Source of the DNA: a virus
IMG/VR virus record: IMGVR_UViG_3300029448_000010
Location: 19,931-83,930 of that record
Length of the DNA stretch: 64,000 nt
Strand: one strand, 5' to 3'
The position numbers and the translations under genes are program-made. The notes under the pieces were generated by a model. That model was not told where the DNA came from. It did no database searches and saw only the letters and a list, made by a program, of their open reading frames with translations. Shown one piece after another: positions 9,853-19,199 of the stretch; positions within the stretch are counted from its first letter, which is position 1, and every line of letters begins with the position of its first letter.

Positions 9853-10692
9853 TTAAATTACCATTCCTTTTATTTCGGACATTTTATTATATCCTAACAT
9901 TTGTATTATCTTTTTACTTGTCTTTCCTATTGCTGAAAGTGAGATACCTGTTGATTCGGTTATATCGGATTTTCTAACACCTTCGTATCTGAATATATTA
10001 GACGCTACCCAACAAACACTAGCGTAGTATGCTCTAGGTTTATTAAAACAATGAGTCTCCACTAACGGTTCTAGTTTTTCTAATAGAGTAACTGCGTTAG
10101 AATAGAACATTATATCATCAGTTACTTTACTGCAAACCTGCTTTAACATAAAGGTAGGGTCTGCACCATACAATAGATTTTTGTTTTTGAAGTGATTAAT
10201 CATCTTCTGTACTAACCTATTTACTATTTTAATAGAACAGGAGTATTCCGAACATAACTCTTTCATTGAAGCAGGTGTCCTATTCTCTTTTAGAACATAG
10301 AAAACCGTAGCAGTACATCTTGCTTCTAATTTTATTTTACCGAATAGACCTTTCTGTTGAGAATCTAAATAACATTCTTCCACTCGCTCTTTTAGAGGGT
10401 GGTTTATCTGAATGCTAGATAGAATCATATTACAAGTCTGTAATCCTGAAAGGATATGTCTAGGTGTTGTTGAGTTGTTGCCTCTTCTATTAAACTTGTA
10501 AGAACCCTTACCTGAAATAATAGACCCTAGTTTACCTTTATCGGCTGAATGAGTAACTACTCCGTCATCAACCATTCTTACAGTCTCTTCAAACAATTCA
10601 GTAACTACGACTAAGCCGCAATCACTACATTCTGTCTCTCCCATTCTTTCATTATAATTAAATATTAAACTACCACATTCACTGCATTTCAT
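9853..10692 (-). CDS. tfb: Transcription factor B (TFIIB/TFB) homologue
   Basis: N-terminal Zn ribbon CSECGS...GETECSDCGLVV followed by two cyclin-fold repeats. Likely start is 10692. Confidence 0.85.
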   Translation of the reverse strand: MKCSECGSLIFNYNERMGETECSDCGLVVVTELFEETVRMVDDGVVTHSADKGKLGSIISGKGSYKFNRRGNNSTTPRHILSGLQTCNMILSSIQINHPLKERVEECYLDSQQKGLFGKIKLEARCTATVFYVLKENRTPASMKELCSEYSCSIKIVNRLVQKMINHFKNKNLLYGADPTFMLKQVCSKVTDDIMFYSNAVTLLEKLEPLVETHCFNKPRAYYASVCWVASNIFRYEGVRKSDITESTGISLSAIGKTSKKIIQMLGYNKMSEIKGMVI

Positions 10693-11962
10693 CCATCTCA
10701 ACCCTATATTCATTTTCATTACATTGTATGTATCTTTGTATTGTATTTACTATTTTAACCGTCATTGTGTCATTCAATAACGCTAAGGCTCTTGCTACAA
10801 ATTGGTCGCCTAGTGAAGAACCGCCTGTCATATTATCAATACAAATTGGCCCTCTCCAAGTACCTTCTCTAACAGGCATTTCAGGATAAGATTGTAATGT
10901 TAATTCTTCTTCTGTGCAAGTATCTGCATACATTTCTTTATATTCAGCATTTTGCTGGTCTATTTCCGCACAAGAAGCATCCCATTTTTGAATCGCTTCA
11001 TTAAAGGCGTGTTCGGTAATAGAAGGAGAATAAACAAAGGTCGAAACCATTTGAATATCAGACTTGAACTTATTGTTAGTCAGTTTCCAATCCCAACCTT
11101 TACCACGAACATACATAGTAATAGGCTCATTATCTTCATAGATTACCTTTAGTCGATTAGGGTATTTTTCTGCCATATCTTTAACTAACTGCTTGGCCCT
11201 ACTTTCAACAATATCCTGTTGCCTGTTCTGTTTCATAAATTCTATCATTACCTTTCTATTAGCAATTGTAGGAGCGTTACCTACGGTTCTCTCATAGAGT
11301 AATTCTGGAGAAATAAACATCCATTTTTTACTTCGTTTCTTATTATGAAGATAGAAACTACAAAAGTATTCTAATTCTTTAAGAGTCATTGTACCCCAAA
11401 CACCATCACTAACTTCGATGGCAATTTCATCATCACTTATTTGCTGACAATCTAACCTAACCTCGGTCTTGACAAAATCAGAATAGAAGTGAAAGGGTAC
11501 TTTATTTTCTAAACAATACTTTACATCTTCGGGAATACTCAATGCTGAATATAGTGCCTTTAGTAATTTACCTGCATCATGCTCAAATGCGGCTTTCAGT
11601 GCCACTCTTGCTAATGCACATGCAATTGTACTAAGATTCTCTTTTTGACCGTTTACTGTTAAACGATTACCTATTCTCCCAATTGCTATCGGACAAGAAC
11701 CTATGTTAATTACACTGTTAAAATCAGAACTGGGGAAATCAAACACAGACGAAGCACTTCGTCTATAACGGCTATATCTTCGGGTCTTCTTTAAAGCCAG
11801 TTTAAAGAAATCAGTCAATGCTTTGTGTATTGGGTCTTTTGCGCTTCTGTCGTTATTAAGAGTTATATTTCTTCTCAAAGGAATATGGGAAGAAGATATT
11901 TGAGTACTCCAATATCCGCCTGAATCGTCTGGTTTTCTAATTTGTATTGTTACTGTATTCAT
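10679..11962 (-). CDS. Hypothetical protein; C-terminal region may be an E2/UBC-like domain
   Basis: 427 aa; WRGPICIDN resembles the E2 catalytic GxICLD motif and is followed by a helix (GDQFVARALALLND). Confidence 0.45.
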   Translation of the reverse strand: MNTVTIQIRKPDDSGGYWSTQISSSHIPLRRNITLNNDRSAKDPIHKALTDFFKLALKKTRRYSRYRRSASSVFDFPSSDFNSVINIGSCPIAIGRIGNRLTVNGQKENLSTIACALARVALKAAFEHDAGKLLKALYSALSIPEDVKYCLENKVPFHFYSDFVKTEVRLDCQQISDDEIAIEVSDGVWGTMTLKELEYFCSFYLHNKKRSKKWMFISPELLYERTVGNAPTIANRKVMIEFMKQNRQQDIVESRAKQLVKDMAEKYPNRLKVIYEDNEPITMYVRGKGWDWKLTNNKFKSDIQMVSTFVYSPSITEHAFNEAIQKWDASCAEIDQQNAEYKEMYADTCTEEELTLQSYPEMPVREGTWRGPICIDNMTGGSSLGDQFVARALALLNDTMTVKIVNTIQRYIQCNENEYRVEMDEMQ

Positions 11963-11966
11963 ATTC

Positions 11967-12134
11967 TCACATCATATATTTATTGTCATTAATTTTATCG
12001 GCACACTCACGGTGCATTTCTTTTTTCATGTCTTCTGGCAATAATAATTGCCCTCCGCATATCCTACATTTAGTGGCTATTTTCTTTTTGTAAGACCAGC
12101 CACTCGTAACATATTCAGGGTCTTTATCTTTCAT
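11967..12134 (-). CDS. Small Zn-finger protein (55 aa)
   Basis: Not in the track; CRICG...HREC. Confidence 0.55.
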   Translation of the reverse strand: MKDKDPEYVTSGWSYKKKIATKCRICGGQLLLPEDMKKEMHRECADKINDNKYMM

Positions 12135-12472
12135 TCTTCCCACCTATCCATTATGTTACATACATTACAATCTTTTCCTTTACAGTTTTTATCATGATAC
12201 TGTAAAGCATCGTATCGTTGAATAAAGTTTTTCTTAGCATAGTGATTAAAACCAATATCCACTGCTTCGGGAAACTCCCATAGTATTACTTGTATGGTCT
12301 GCCAAAGCCTATATTTTTTATCTGATTCATCTTCTAAACCAGAACATGCGTTAAGGGCTAATTTAATTCTATCCTTGGCAGAATTAGACCATTCGTTATC
12401 ATAAGATACAATGACTCTTGCGAAGTCATCATATTTCAAATCACGAATATGTCTAATTCTGCGAGATTTCAT
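12131..12472 (-). CDS. Hypothetical protein with C-terminal His/Cys cluster
   Basis: HDKNCKGKDCNVC; GGTGA SD upstream. Confidence 0.65.
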   Translation of the reverse strand: MKSRRIRHIRDLKYDDFARVIVSYDNEWSNSAKDRIKLALNACSGLEDESDKKYRLWQTIQVILWEFPEAVDIGFNHYAKKNFIQRYDALQYHDKNCKGKDCNVCNIMDRWEE

Positions 12473-12481
12473 CTAATCACC

Positions 12482-14341
12482 TTAGATTTCACATGCTCCG
12501 CCAGCACAAGCCAATTCGCCTGTTAAGTTAGTATCATCCTGTTCTTCAGTAACCTTAGTTAAATCAATCTTCTTCAGATTAACCATCATTTTATCATAGG
12601 TTTCTTTATCAATAGTTTCAAACGGTGCTTGTTTGTAAGTACCGCCATCATAAGGAAGAACAGAAAGACCATTGTAATAATGTCTATTCATCCATAGCCA
12701 TTCGCCCACATCATCCCATTCATCCTCTTTAACAGATAGAGTAGCGGAGACATTGTGAGTATTCAATCCATCAACATGCCCTGTTCTAACCCATCTAATG
12801 CTGAAATTCTTGACTCTCTCCATCAAATCAAATACTGATTCATGGCGAGTTATTGCATCTTGGGGTGCTTTTTGTGGTATAGAAATAACAGCCTGTTCTT
12901 CAGGATTAAAGTACTCATCCTCAACTAATTCAGGATGATTATTTAATAGATAAGAATAGATTGCTTCATTCTTTCCAACTCTAAGTCTTCTAACATAATA
13001 CTCATCATGCCATGCGTGAATACCGCTACTAGTACCTAATACTAAAGAAGTGGTTCCGGCAGGTTTTACACAAGTAATTCTTGCCGCAGGTTTAATCCCT
13101 ATCAACTTAGCAATTTTCTTATTCTCTTGCTTTGCCGCAAAGGAAGCCATTTCTAAATCTAAACCTTCCACGATATTAGAAGCAATACCTGTCATTGATA
13201 CTCCAAGTAAAGCATCCTTTTCAGTATTCTTACGCCATACTTCTCTTAGATAATGAAAGTCAGTATATCCGGCTTGAAGCGTTCCTAAGAATGCCGCCGC
13301 TTTTACTCTTGCTTCTAAGTCTGCTTGGTCTATTACATCAGAAGCATTTACTTCTGTTAGATTACAAAACTGATATGGTCGCAAGGCTATTTCACAACAA
13401 GGGTTAGTTCCCCAATCCTTGTCATTATTGAAATAGACCGCAGGTTCACCACTGCCACTATGTTGTATTCTTTCCCATAGACCCATAAAGAAGTCTTTAG
13501 TAACTCTATGTCTAAGGATTACTGCTGAATTGTTTGCTCTGCCTCTTTGTGGGTTGTTCTCCCACCAATTACCGGCTTTACAACTAATCATCTTTGAATC
13601 ATCAGCACTGAATAAACTAATCATAGCGGCTCTGCGAATACCACCGGCTAATACTGCATCTGCTAAATAACACATAATATCATGTGCTTCTATTGATTCT
13701 AATTTAGAGCCATTAGTTTTATTTTGAAGCATTCCTTCTATTTTAACTAAACATTCCCTTAATGGCTGAAAACCCGGTGCTTTTCCACCACTAGTCTTTA
13801 ATAGACTTCCTTTTGGTCTAATATCAGAATAATCAAAAATAGGACTACTACTCCTAATGCCGGTATAACACTCCAAAAGGATTCTAATTGAATCGGCCCA
13901 ACCTTCAATAGAGTCACTAATAAGATACCTGCGTTTTCTTTCGGGATTAGGTTGAATGATTTCTGGTAATTGCTCAACATGATGTCGTTGTACCGAATAT
14001 CCAACTCCCGTTCCACCGAGAAGTAAGAACATAGCCTCGCTAAAAGATAAAAGGGAATCAATAGGCATATAAGCACAATTATAAACCCTATTTGGGCTAA
14101 TTTCAATAGGCTTACCCCCAAATTGCATAGACCGCATAGAAGGGAGGACTTTCTTTGTTTTAACGAACTTTTCATATATTTCACCTATTTCTTTAGTTAA
14201 TTCAGGATATGATTTAATGTGCATATCTCGGTTTCTCTTGGTTATTTCTTCCCAAGTCTCTCTTCTTTTCTTTGCCGGTAAATACCTTGCATACTTCATA
14301 TGCACAGTAATATCCGATAATGTATCTATTGCTGTATTCAT
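12482..14341 (-). CDS. nrdJ: Class II (B12-dependent) ribonucleotide reductase, monomeric RTPR type
   Basis: VYNCA, GIRRAA, GTNPCCEI, FCNL, VKPAGT and C-terminal ACAGGACEI redox pair. Confidence 0.93.
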   Translation of the reverse strand: MNTAIDTLSDITVHMKYARYLPAKKRRETWEEITKRNRDMHIKSYPELTKEIGEIYEKFVKTKKVLPSMRSMQFGGKPIEISPNRVYNCAYMPIDSLLSFSEAMFLLLGGTGVGYSVQRHHVEQLPEIIQPNPERKRRYLISDSIEGWADSIRILLECYTGIRSSSPIFDYSDIRPKGSLLKTSGGKAPGFQPLRECLVKIEGMLQNKTNGSKLESIEAHDIMCYLADAVLAGGIRRAAMISLFSADDSKMISCKAGNWWENNPQRGRANNSAVILRHRVTKDFFMGLWERIQHSGSGEPAVYFNNDKDWGTNPCCEIALRPYQFCNLTEVNASDVIDQADLEARVKAAAFLGTLQAGYTDFHYLREVWRKNTEKDALLGVSMTGIASNIVEGLDLEMASFAAKQENKKIAKLIGIKPAARITCVKPAGTTSLVLGTSSGIHAWHDEYYVRRLRVGKNEAIYSYLLNNHPELVEDEYFNPEEQAVISIPQKAPQDAITRHESVFDLMERVKNFSIRWVRTGHVDGLNTHNVSATLSVKEDEWDDVGEWLWMNRHYYNGLSVLPYDGGTYKQAPFETIDKETYDKMMVNLKKIDLTKVTEEQDDTNLTGELACAGGACEI

Positions 14342-14343
14342 GT

Positions 14344-14724
14344 CTAACACCTAAATTTGCTGGCTTTTGGTAATTCAAATAGAGTTGAAAAGGATGAAAG
14401 CCATTCACCTTTTTTACTAATTACCCACTCTTTTTCTTCTAAAAACTGCCAATCCTCAAAATTATGGATAGCAGAAGAATTATCCTCAAGTAATGTATTC
14501 ACACTAGAGTATTCTTTTTCATTGAATATGATTTTAGTATCACCCGAAGCAAACATTATGCCGTATTTACCACGGCCTAAGACATAGCCTTCGGGATAGA
14601 AGTCAGGCTTGAATACCGCAACTTCGTTTTGTATTATGGGGTCTGTAAGGTTCCACCCATTTAACTCAAATAGTATTTTTAGTGCATCAGGAGATAAAAA
14701 ATGCCTAAGATTCATTTTAACCAC
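14344..14724 (-). CDS. Hypothetical protein
   Basis: 126-aa ORF directly upstream of nrdJ. Confidence 0.65.
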   Translation of the reverse strand: MVKMNLRHFLSPDALKILFELNGWNLTDPIIQNEVAVFKPDFYPEGYVLGRGKYGIMFASGDTKIIFNEKEYSSVNTLLEDNSSAIHNFEDWQFLEEKEWVISKKGEWLSSFSTLFELPKASKFRC

Positions 14725-14728
14725 ACTG

Positions 14729-14772
14729 CAAAAAGGGGAGAAAACAGGCCGGTTATGACCTATTTTCCCCCC
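14729..14772 (-). terminator. Hairpin plus T-tract after the Ubl gene
   Basis: Minus strand GGGGGAAAATAGGTC...GGCCTGTTTTCTCCCCTTTTT. Confidence 0.55.
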
Positions 14773-14802
14773 AACAATGCGAGGCTAAACTTACTTATTA
14801 GT

Positions 14803-15003
14803 TTAACCGCCAACGATAGCAGGTGTCAATTCAACCGAGTCTATTGTAGTCCAGTCAATCTCACTAATTGTTTCCCTTGCGGTCATTTCACCGTTAAGGA
14901 ATACCCAATGTGTAGGGTGTGTGTCAATCTGTTCAATAATCTCATCAGAAGCCAACACTAATTCAGTGTGGCCTGTCTCGTTCAAAATTGTTAACTTAAT
15001 CAT
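14803..15003 (-). CDS. Ubiquitin-like (beta-grasp) protein with C-terminal GG
   Basis: 66 aa: MIKLTIL...WVFLNGE...DSVELTPAIVGG-stop. Typical SAMP/ThiS/MoaD-type terminus; own TATA promoter and GGAG SD. Confidence 0.8.
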   Translation of the reverse strand: MIKLTILNETGHTELVLASDEIIEQIDTHPTHWVFLNGEMTARETISEIDWTTIDSVELTPAIVGG

Positions 15004-15040
15004 TCTATCATCTCCATTCTATTCTCTCTATGTTCTTGTA

Positions 15041-15058
15041 CCATATAAGGCGAGTCAT
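15041..15058 (-). promoter_or_regulatory. TATA-box promoter of the Ubl gene
   Basis: Minus strand TGACTCGCCTTATATGG; nearly identical to TGACTCTCCTTATATATGG at about 21485-21503. Confidence 0.6.
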
Positions 15059-15176
15059 TCATTGTCACCATCTCCGGCGTTTGCTAGTAAGGCTAGCGGC
15101 CCCGTTATTGTTGATACTACCACTATTGCAGGTACTATCATTATTGCATCTTTTATTAGTTTTAACATTCCCATAT

Positions 15177-16508
15177 TTATTCACCTTTTATTTTTTCTAT
15201 TTCTTCACTTGCTTGTTTTCTAGTTAAGTTCTTTCTCCATTCTTTGTTATCTTCAGGAGCATAAAATAAGTCCTGTAAATAATTCAGTTGGGCTGGAGTA
15301 GCCATTTTGTTTAATATCTCTTTTAGTTTGTTTATTTGAGTGTCGCTTAGTGGTTTTTTAACAACCATTTGCTGTTTAACACTCTTTAGGAAAGACATCT
15401 CCCAAGCATTACTACCTAGTTTAGAATCAAATACTCTAATACCGTAGTAATTACACATCTGCTCAAATTCCTCTCCTAAACCATATGCACCATCCAAATA
15501 ATCAGTTGCATTTGCTAACTTAATTTCTTTGGCTTTAGCCTCTCTAACCATTCTTTCTGCGATTTTTGCGGCTCTTTCTTTTTCTATTCTTTCTGCTTCA
15601 AGTCTTCTTGCTTCAACATTTTCAGGAAGATTGTAAATCCTTTCTTTTTCCAACCTTTCTTCTTCTCTTATTCTTTGGTCTTCAAGAATACGCCGTCGCC
15701 TTTCTTCATCTCTGACTCTTCTTGCTTCTCTTCGTGCCAATTCTTCTGTTGTCTGCTTTAGAGCATAATTCATTTTATTATTGTATTCGCTTCTATGCTT
15801 TGCATTACACATAGCATCAAAGATAATCATGTCTTGCCACAACTTATCTGTTGGATAACCTCTTGTTTGAGATTGCGCCCTTGAATTATCAGGGTGTTCC
15901 CATCTCCAAACAATAGAAGCCATGCGATAGTAATTGCTAGTAGGTGCGCCTTCTGCTTTCTTTCTTAGTTTAGAAGAGTATTTGTATTCCTGAGAAACAC
16001 CATGCCAATACAAATTAGTACCCTTAGCATTAATCAATATATCAATATCCTTGACTCTCTCATAAATAGCATCAAACTGTTCACCGTTTTGGTGCATCCA
16101 TGCTTTAGCCATCATAGTCTTTGTTCTTTCTTGAATCCACTTATCAATATCTCCTTGAGTAATGTCGGCAATATCAATTCCTGTTCTTTGTGATATTTCT
16201 TTCATAATCAAGTATGTATTAATGTGGTCTGAACCAACACATTCAACTATACCGTTTTCTGTATTAACTATCTCAAAGTGATATACTACACTATGACCAC
16301 AAAGACATTTACCTCGCCCCATTTGCGAGTTTCTAACCCAATCCGGCATATTGTCTTCTCCGCCCCACCAAACATTACCTGTGGCTATCCATTCTTCTTT
16401 AGCCTCTTCGTAATTATCTGCTACGGATAATTCAACCATCTTCTTCATTAAAGCCCTGTCCCATCGACCTGAACCTAATTGTCTTTTTGCTACTATTGTT
16501 TCAGCCAT
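15177..16508 (-). CDS. Hypothetical protein (Zn-binding N-terminus, coiled coil)
   Basis: CLCGH...VGSDHI motif; R/E-rich coiled coil; C-terminal ATPAQLNYL...LTRKQASEEI. Confidence 0.75.
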   Translation of the reverse strand: MAETIVAKRQLGSGRWDRALMKKMVELSVADNYEEAKEEWIATGNVWWGGEDNMPDWVRNSQMGRGKCLCGHSVVYHFEIVNTENGIVECVGSDHINTYLIMKEISQRTGIDIADITQGDIDKWIQERTKTMMAKAWMHQNGEQFDAIYERVKDIDILINAKGTNLYWHGVSQEYKYSSKLRKKAEGAPTSNYYRMASIVWRWEHPDNSRAQSQTRGYPTDKLWQDMIIFDAMCNAKHRSEYNNKMNYALKQTTEELARREARRVRDEERRRRILEDQRIREEERLEKERIYNLPENVEARRLEAERIEKERAAKIAERMVREAKAKEIKLANATDYLDGAYGLGEEFEQMCNYYGIRVFDSKLGSNAWEMSFLKSVKQQMVVKKPLSDTQINKLKEILNKMATPAQLNYLQDLFYAPEDNKEWRKNLTRKQASEEIEKIKGE

Positions 16509-16510
16509 TT

Positions 16511-16699
16511 TTATTCACCATTATAATTTAATTTGTACTGTTTTGCTAGTGTGAGTGCATCATTGTAAGTGATATGGGAATTTCTTTCCATGTTCACTTT
16601 AACAATCCATGTTGCTATCTCCGCCACCGAATCTCCATCCGATAACATCATAGATAAATGTTTCATATATCCCATCAGGACATCATCTCTTCGTGCCAA
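16511..16699 (-). CDS. Hypothetical protein
   Basis: 62-aa ORF in the operon. Confidence 0.55.
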   Translation of the reverse strand: MARRDDVLMGYMKHLSMMLSDGDSVAEIATWIVKVNMERNSHITYNDALTLAKQYKLNYNGE

Positions 16700-16935
16700 T
16701 CTTTTTCAAATTGCCTTTGTTCCATAAGATAACTTGTCAAGATTGTGTCAATCTTTTCAGGTAAATTATCTATAATGCCAGCAATTAGTTTTCTATTCAG
16801 ACTTAGCCATATCCTATGATAAGTGTTCAGAACCACCTTTGGTTCATCATTCTCATTCTGTGATATACAGATAGGCGGTAGGTCTTCGCTATTTACTATT
16901 CTAAATTCAACATTTGTTCTTGGTTCTCTATTCAT
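16675..16935 (-). CDS. Hypothetical protein
   Basis: 86-aa ORF with GGAGG SD. Confidence 0.65.
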   Translation of the reverse strand: MNREPRTNVEFRIVNSEDLPPICISQNENDEPKVVLNTYHRIWLSLNRKLIAGIIDNLPEKIDTILTSYLMEQRQFEKDWHEEMMS

Positions 16936-17238
16936 TCAAATCCCTCCTGCTAACGCAAAAATGTTAGATACATTCTTGTGTGCAATAAATCCCTCAACAG
17001 TCGCTAAAAAGTCTTGAGAGTCATTAATATATTTACTGTGATTAACCAAGAGACTAGACACTGTTTGTGCTAGTTTCTGATTACTTAAACCTGATAGTAA
17101 TTTAGACAACTCAAATGCTAGATGTTCTCTATAATTATCATCCATCATACATGAGATACATTCCTTCTTAATCATACAATCGTGTTGATGGTCAGGTTCA
17201 ATTACATATCCTTTACCTTTACATTCTAGACATTCCAT
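16936..17238 (-). CDS. Zn-finger protein
   Basis: CLECKGKG...CISC. Confidence 0.65.
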   Translation of the reverse strand: MECLECKGKGYVIEPDHQHDCMIKKECISCMMDDNYREHLAFELSKLLSGLSNQKLAQTVSSLLVNHSKYINDSQDFLATVEGFIAHKNVSNIFALAGGI

Positions 17239-17489
17239 CAGAAATCCGCCTCCGTATTAAATTCATCAAAGGTAGTCTTTTGAGTCCAATACTGATAGGC
17301 TAACATAGCAGTTAGCATCATATTGTAATTGACATGGTTAGGGTTATCCAAATAATTAGCATTGGCTTTACCTAATGCGTTAGTTGACCCTATTCTCTTT
17401 TCATGCCTATATTCTCTATCCACAGGTACATGTACTGTACCGTATTCTTGTTCTAACAAGTCCGTTATTGTTTGTTCTATATCATTCAT
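17238..17489 (-). CDS. Hypothetical protein
   Basis: 83-aa ORF with GGAGG SD. Confidence 0.65.
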   Translation of the reverse strand: MNDIEQTITDLLEQEYGTVHVPVDREYRHEKRIGSTNALGKANANYLDNPNHVNYNMMLTAMLAYQYWTQKTTFDEFNTEADF

Positions 17490-17493
17490 ATTA

Positions 17494-17712
17494 TTATTCC
17501 TCCTTTTTTACTAGTGGTGGAATCCACCTTGAGTTGTAAAGAGCGTTATATTCCTCCAAACATGACCCACATAATCTAAACTCTATTACTTCTTCATTGA
17601 AGGTAGTAGTCATATCATATGTTGCTCTAAGGCCACATCTTGTGCATTTTGGAACCGGAATAACCGGAATCCTTTTTATTTGTTTAAATTTATTTCTAAT
17701 CCAATTAATCAT
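17494..17712 (-). CDS. Zn-finger protein
   Basis: CTRCG...LCGSC; likely start MINW after GGTGA. Confidence 0.6.
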   Translation of the reverse strand: MINWIRNKFKQIKRIPVIPVPKCTRCGLRATYDMTTTFNEEVIEFRLCGSCLEEYNALYNSRWIPPLVKKEE

Positions 17713-18041
17713 ATTATCACCTAAATGGGCGAGGATAAACACGCTTATGTTTTAATGCAGTTGGTATCAATAGACATTGTACCAATGAATAAGTCGCACT
17801 TCAAACACTTTGCCCGCTAAGTAGCGTTTTTTTATTAGCAAACCTCTTTGTCTTGGTAGTGGATAGAACCACCTATGTACTACCTTGACTATAATTTCTG
17901 ATAGGCAATAATACCTACCCTTTTACCACTAACATATAGATGAATTACATCACCTTTTATTTCTAAATCGGTGACATCATCAATATACTTAGATGCCCAA
18001 CCGAGCAAATATTCCTTTTTTAAGTCATTCATAATATCACA

Positions 18042-18377
18042 TCAAAAAGATTTACCGTGCATAAATTCACGGCTTTCGTTATATTCAATCTTAGCCTCTA
18101 TTGCACCTGCAATATCTAAGTCTTTACCAAAGGCATAATCCATAATACGGATTACTGCATCTGCCAATTCTTCTTCAACAGATGAGTATTCCATAATCTT
18201 ATTAGAAGTGGGGTTATCATCCCTTAGTGCTTCTAATGCTTCACTTATTTCAGCATGAATTAAAGCCATCCGTTCACCGTCATTTGGAACCTCTTTCCAA
18301 AAACCATGATTAACTGCATTCTTGTAAACCTTCTTGGCTATCTTATTCCATTGTTTTTCAAAACTCAAATTTTTCAC
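18042..18377 (-). CDS. MazG-like nucleotide pyrophosphohydrolase
   Basis: ALIHAEISEALEA...EEELADAVIRIMD...KIEYN all-alpha NTP-PPase motif. Confidence 0.85.
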   Translation of the reverse strand: MKNLSFEKQWNKIAKKVYKNAVNHGFWKEVPNDGERMALIHAEISEALEALRDDNPTSNKIMEYSSVEEELADAVIRIMDYAFGKDLDIAGAIEAKIEYNESREFMHGKSF

Positions 18378-18606
18378 CTCTATTAATTGCCGCTTCTTGT
18401 AACTTCGCTATATGCCTTCTTGGTGCATGTTGCTTTGCCATTACCTGTATTAATGATTCACTAACACTAGCAGGTACAGGCACTATCGTTGCACATTTGC
18501 TACATAAAGGCTTATTCGTTTTATCACATATTGTTACTGATGACTTGCTACCTTTACAAAAGGCACAAGCCGGTTTCTTACTCATCATATTCTTCAATCC
18601 TACCAT
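18358..18606 (-). CDS. Zn-finger protein (B-box-like spacing)
   Basis: CAFC...ICDKTNKPLCSKCA. Confidence 0.55.
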   Translation of the reverse strand: MVGLKNMMSKKPACAFCKGSKSSVTICDKTNKPLCSKCATIVPVPASVSESLIQVMAKQHAPRRHIAKLQEAAINRGEKFEF

Positions 18607-18608
18607 AT

Positions 18609-18866
18609 TTATTCCTCCATATTATTTACCGGACAATCAACATTTAATGTTTGATGGTCTAAGTTATTGCATTCGCAAATATCTTCAGGATTATCTCCAT
18701 CGACCCATGTTCCTTTTACAAGATAATAACCACAATCATTGAGTAAGTCTGAAGCATCTCTTAATAACTTTGAGAGGAATATGATATATTCTGCACATTC
18801 AGTACATGCTTTTTCTTCCATAATCTCATCAAATAGTCTCACTGTATCTTCTATTCTCATATTCAT
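18609..18866 (-). CDS. Cys-rich hypothetical protein
   Basis: CTEC and CEC...H...C clusters. Confidence 0.55.
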   Translation of the reverse strand: MNMRIEDTVRLFDEIMEEKACTECAEYIIFLSKLLRDASDLLNDCGYYLVKGTWVDGDNPEDICECNNLDHQTLNVDCPVNNMEE

Positions 18867-19000
18867 TCCTCACATACACATCTAACTTGAAATGTTCTCC
18901 ACGCATCAGTAAAAGATACATTATCAAGAGCGTTATATTTAGCCGTAGCGTCACAAGTCCTACATGTCATTGTTTCCATTTGTACTAATTTTCCATTCAT

Positions 19001-19195
19001 TCAAATACACCCCATAAACATTCTAGCCCATTCGCTAAACTTACTGTAATAAACTACATCATCTGCATTTACTTCAGACAAGTCGAAAGAAGCATCAGTT
19101 AAGAATACTACGCTTTTAGTACCTTTATCCCATGCTACTTCTTTGGTTATCTCCCATTCATCTAGTGCTTTTATCATTATACTATATTTATTCAT
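19001..19195 (-). CDS. Hypothetical protein
   Basis: 64-aa ORF following the helicase. Confidence 0.55.
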   Translation of the reverse strand: MNKYSIMIKALDEWEITKEVAWDKGTKSVVFLTDASFDLSEVNADDVVYYSKFSEWARMFMGCI

Positions 19196-19199
19196 ATTA

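Noticed and set aside
8487-15003. ThiF plus GG-protein as thiamine or molybdopterin biosynthesis genes
   Set aside because: No thiG, moaE or thiouridylase partner in the window. Not fully excluded, because partners could lie outside the window or in the host.
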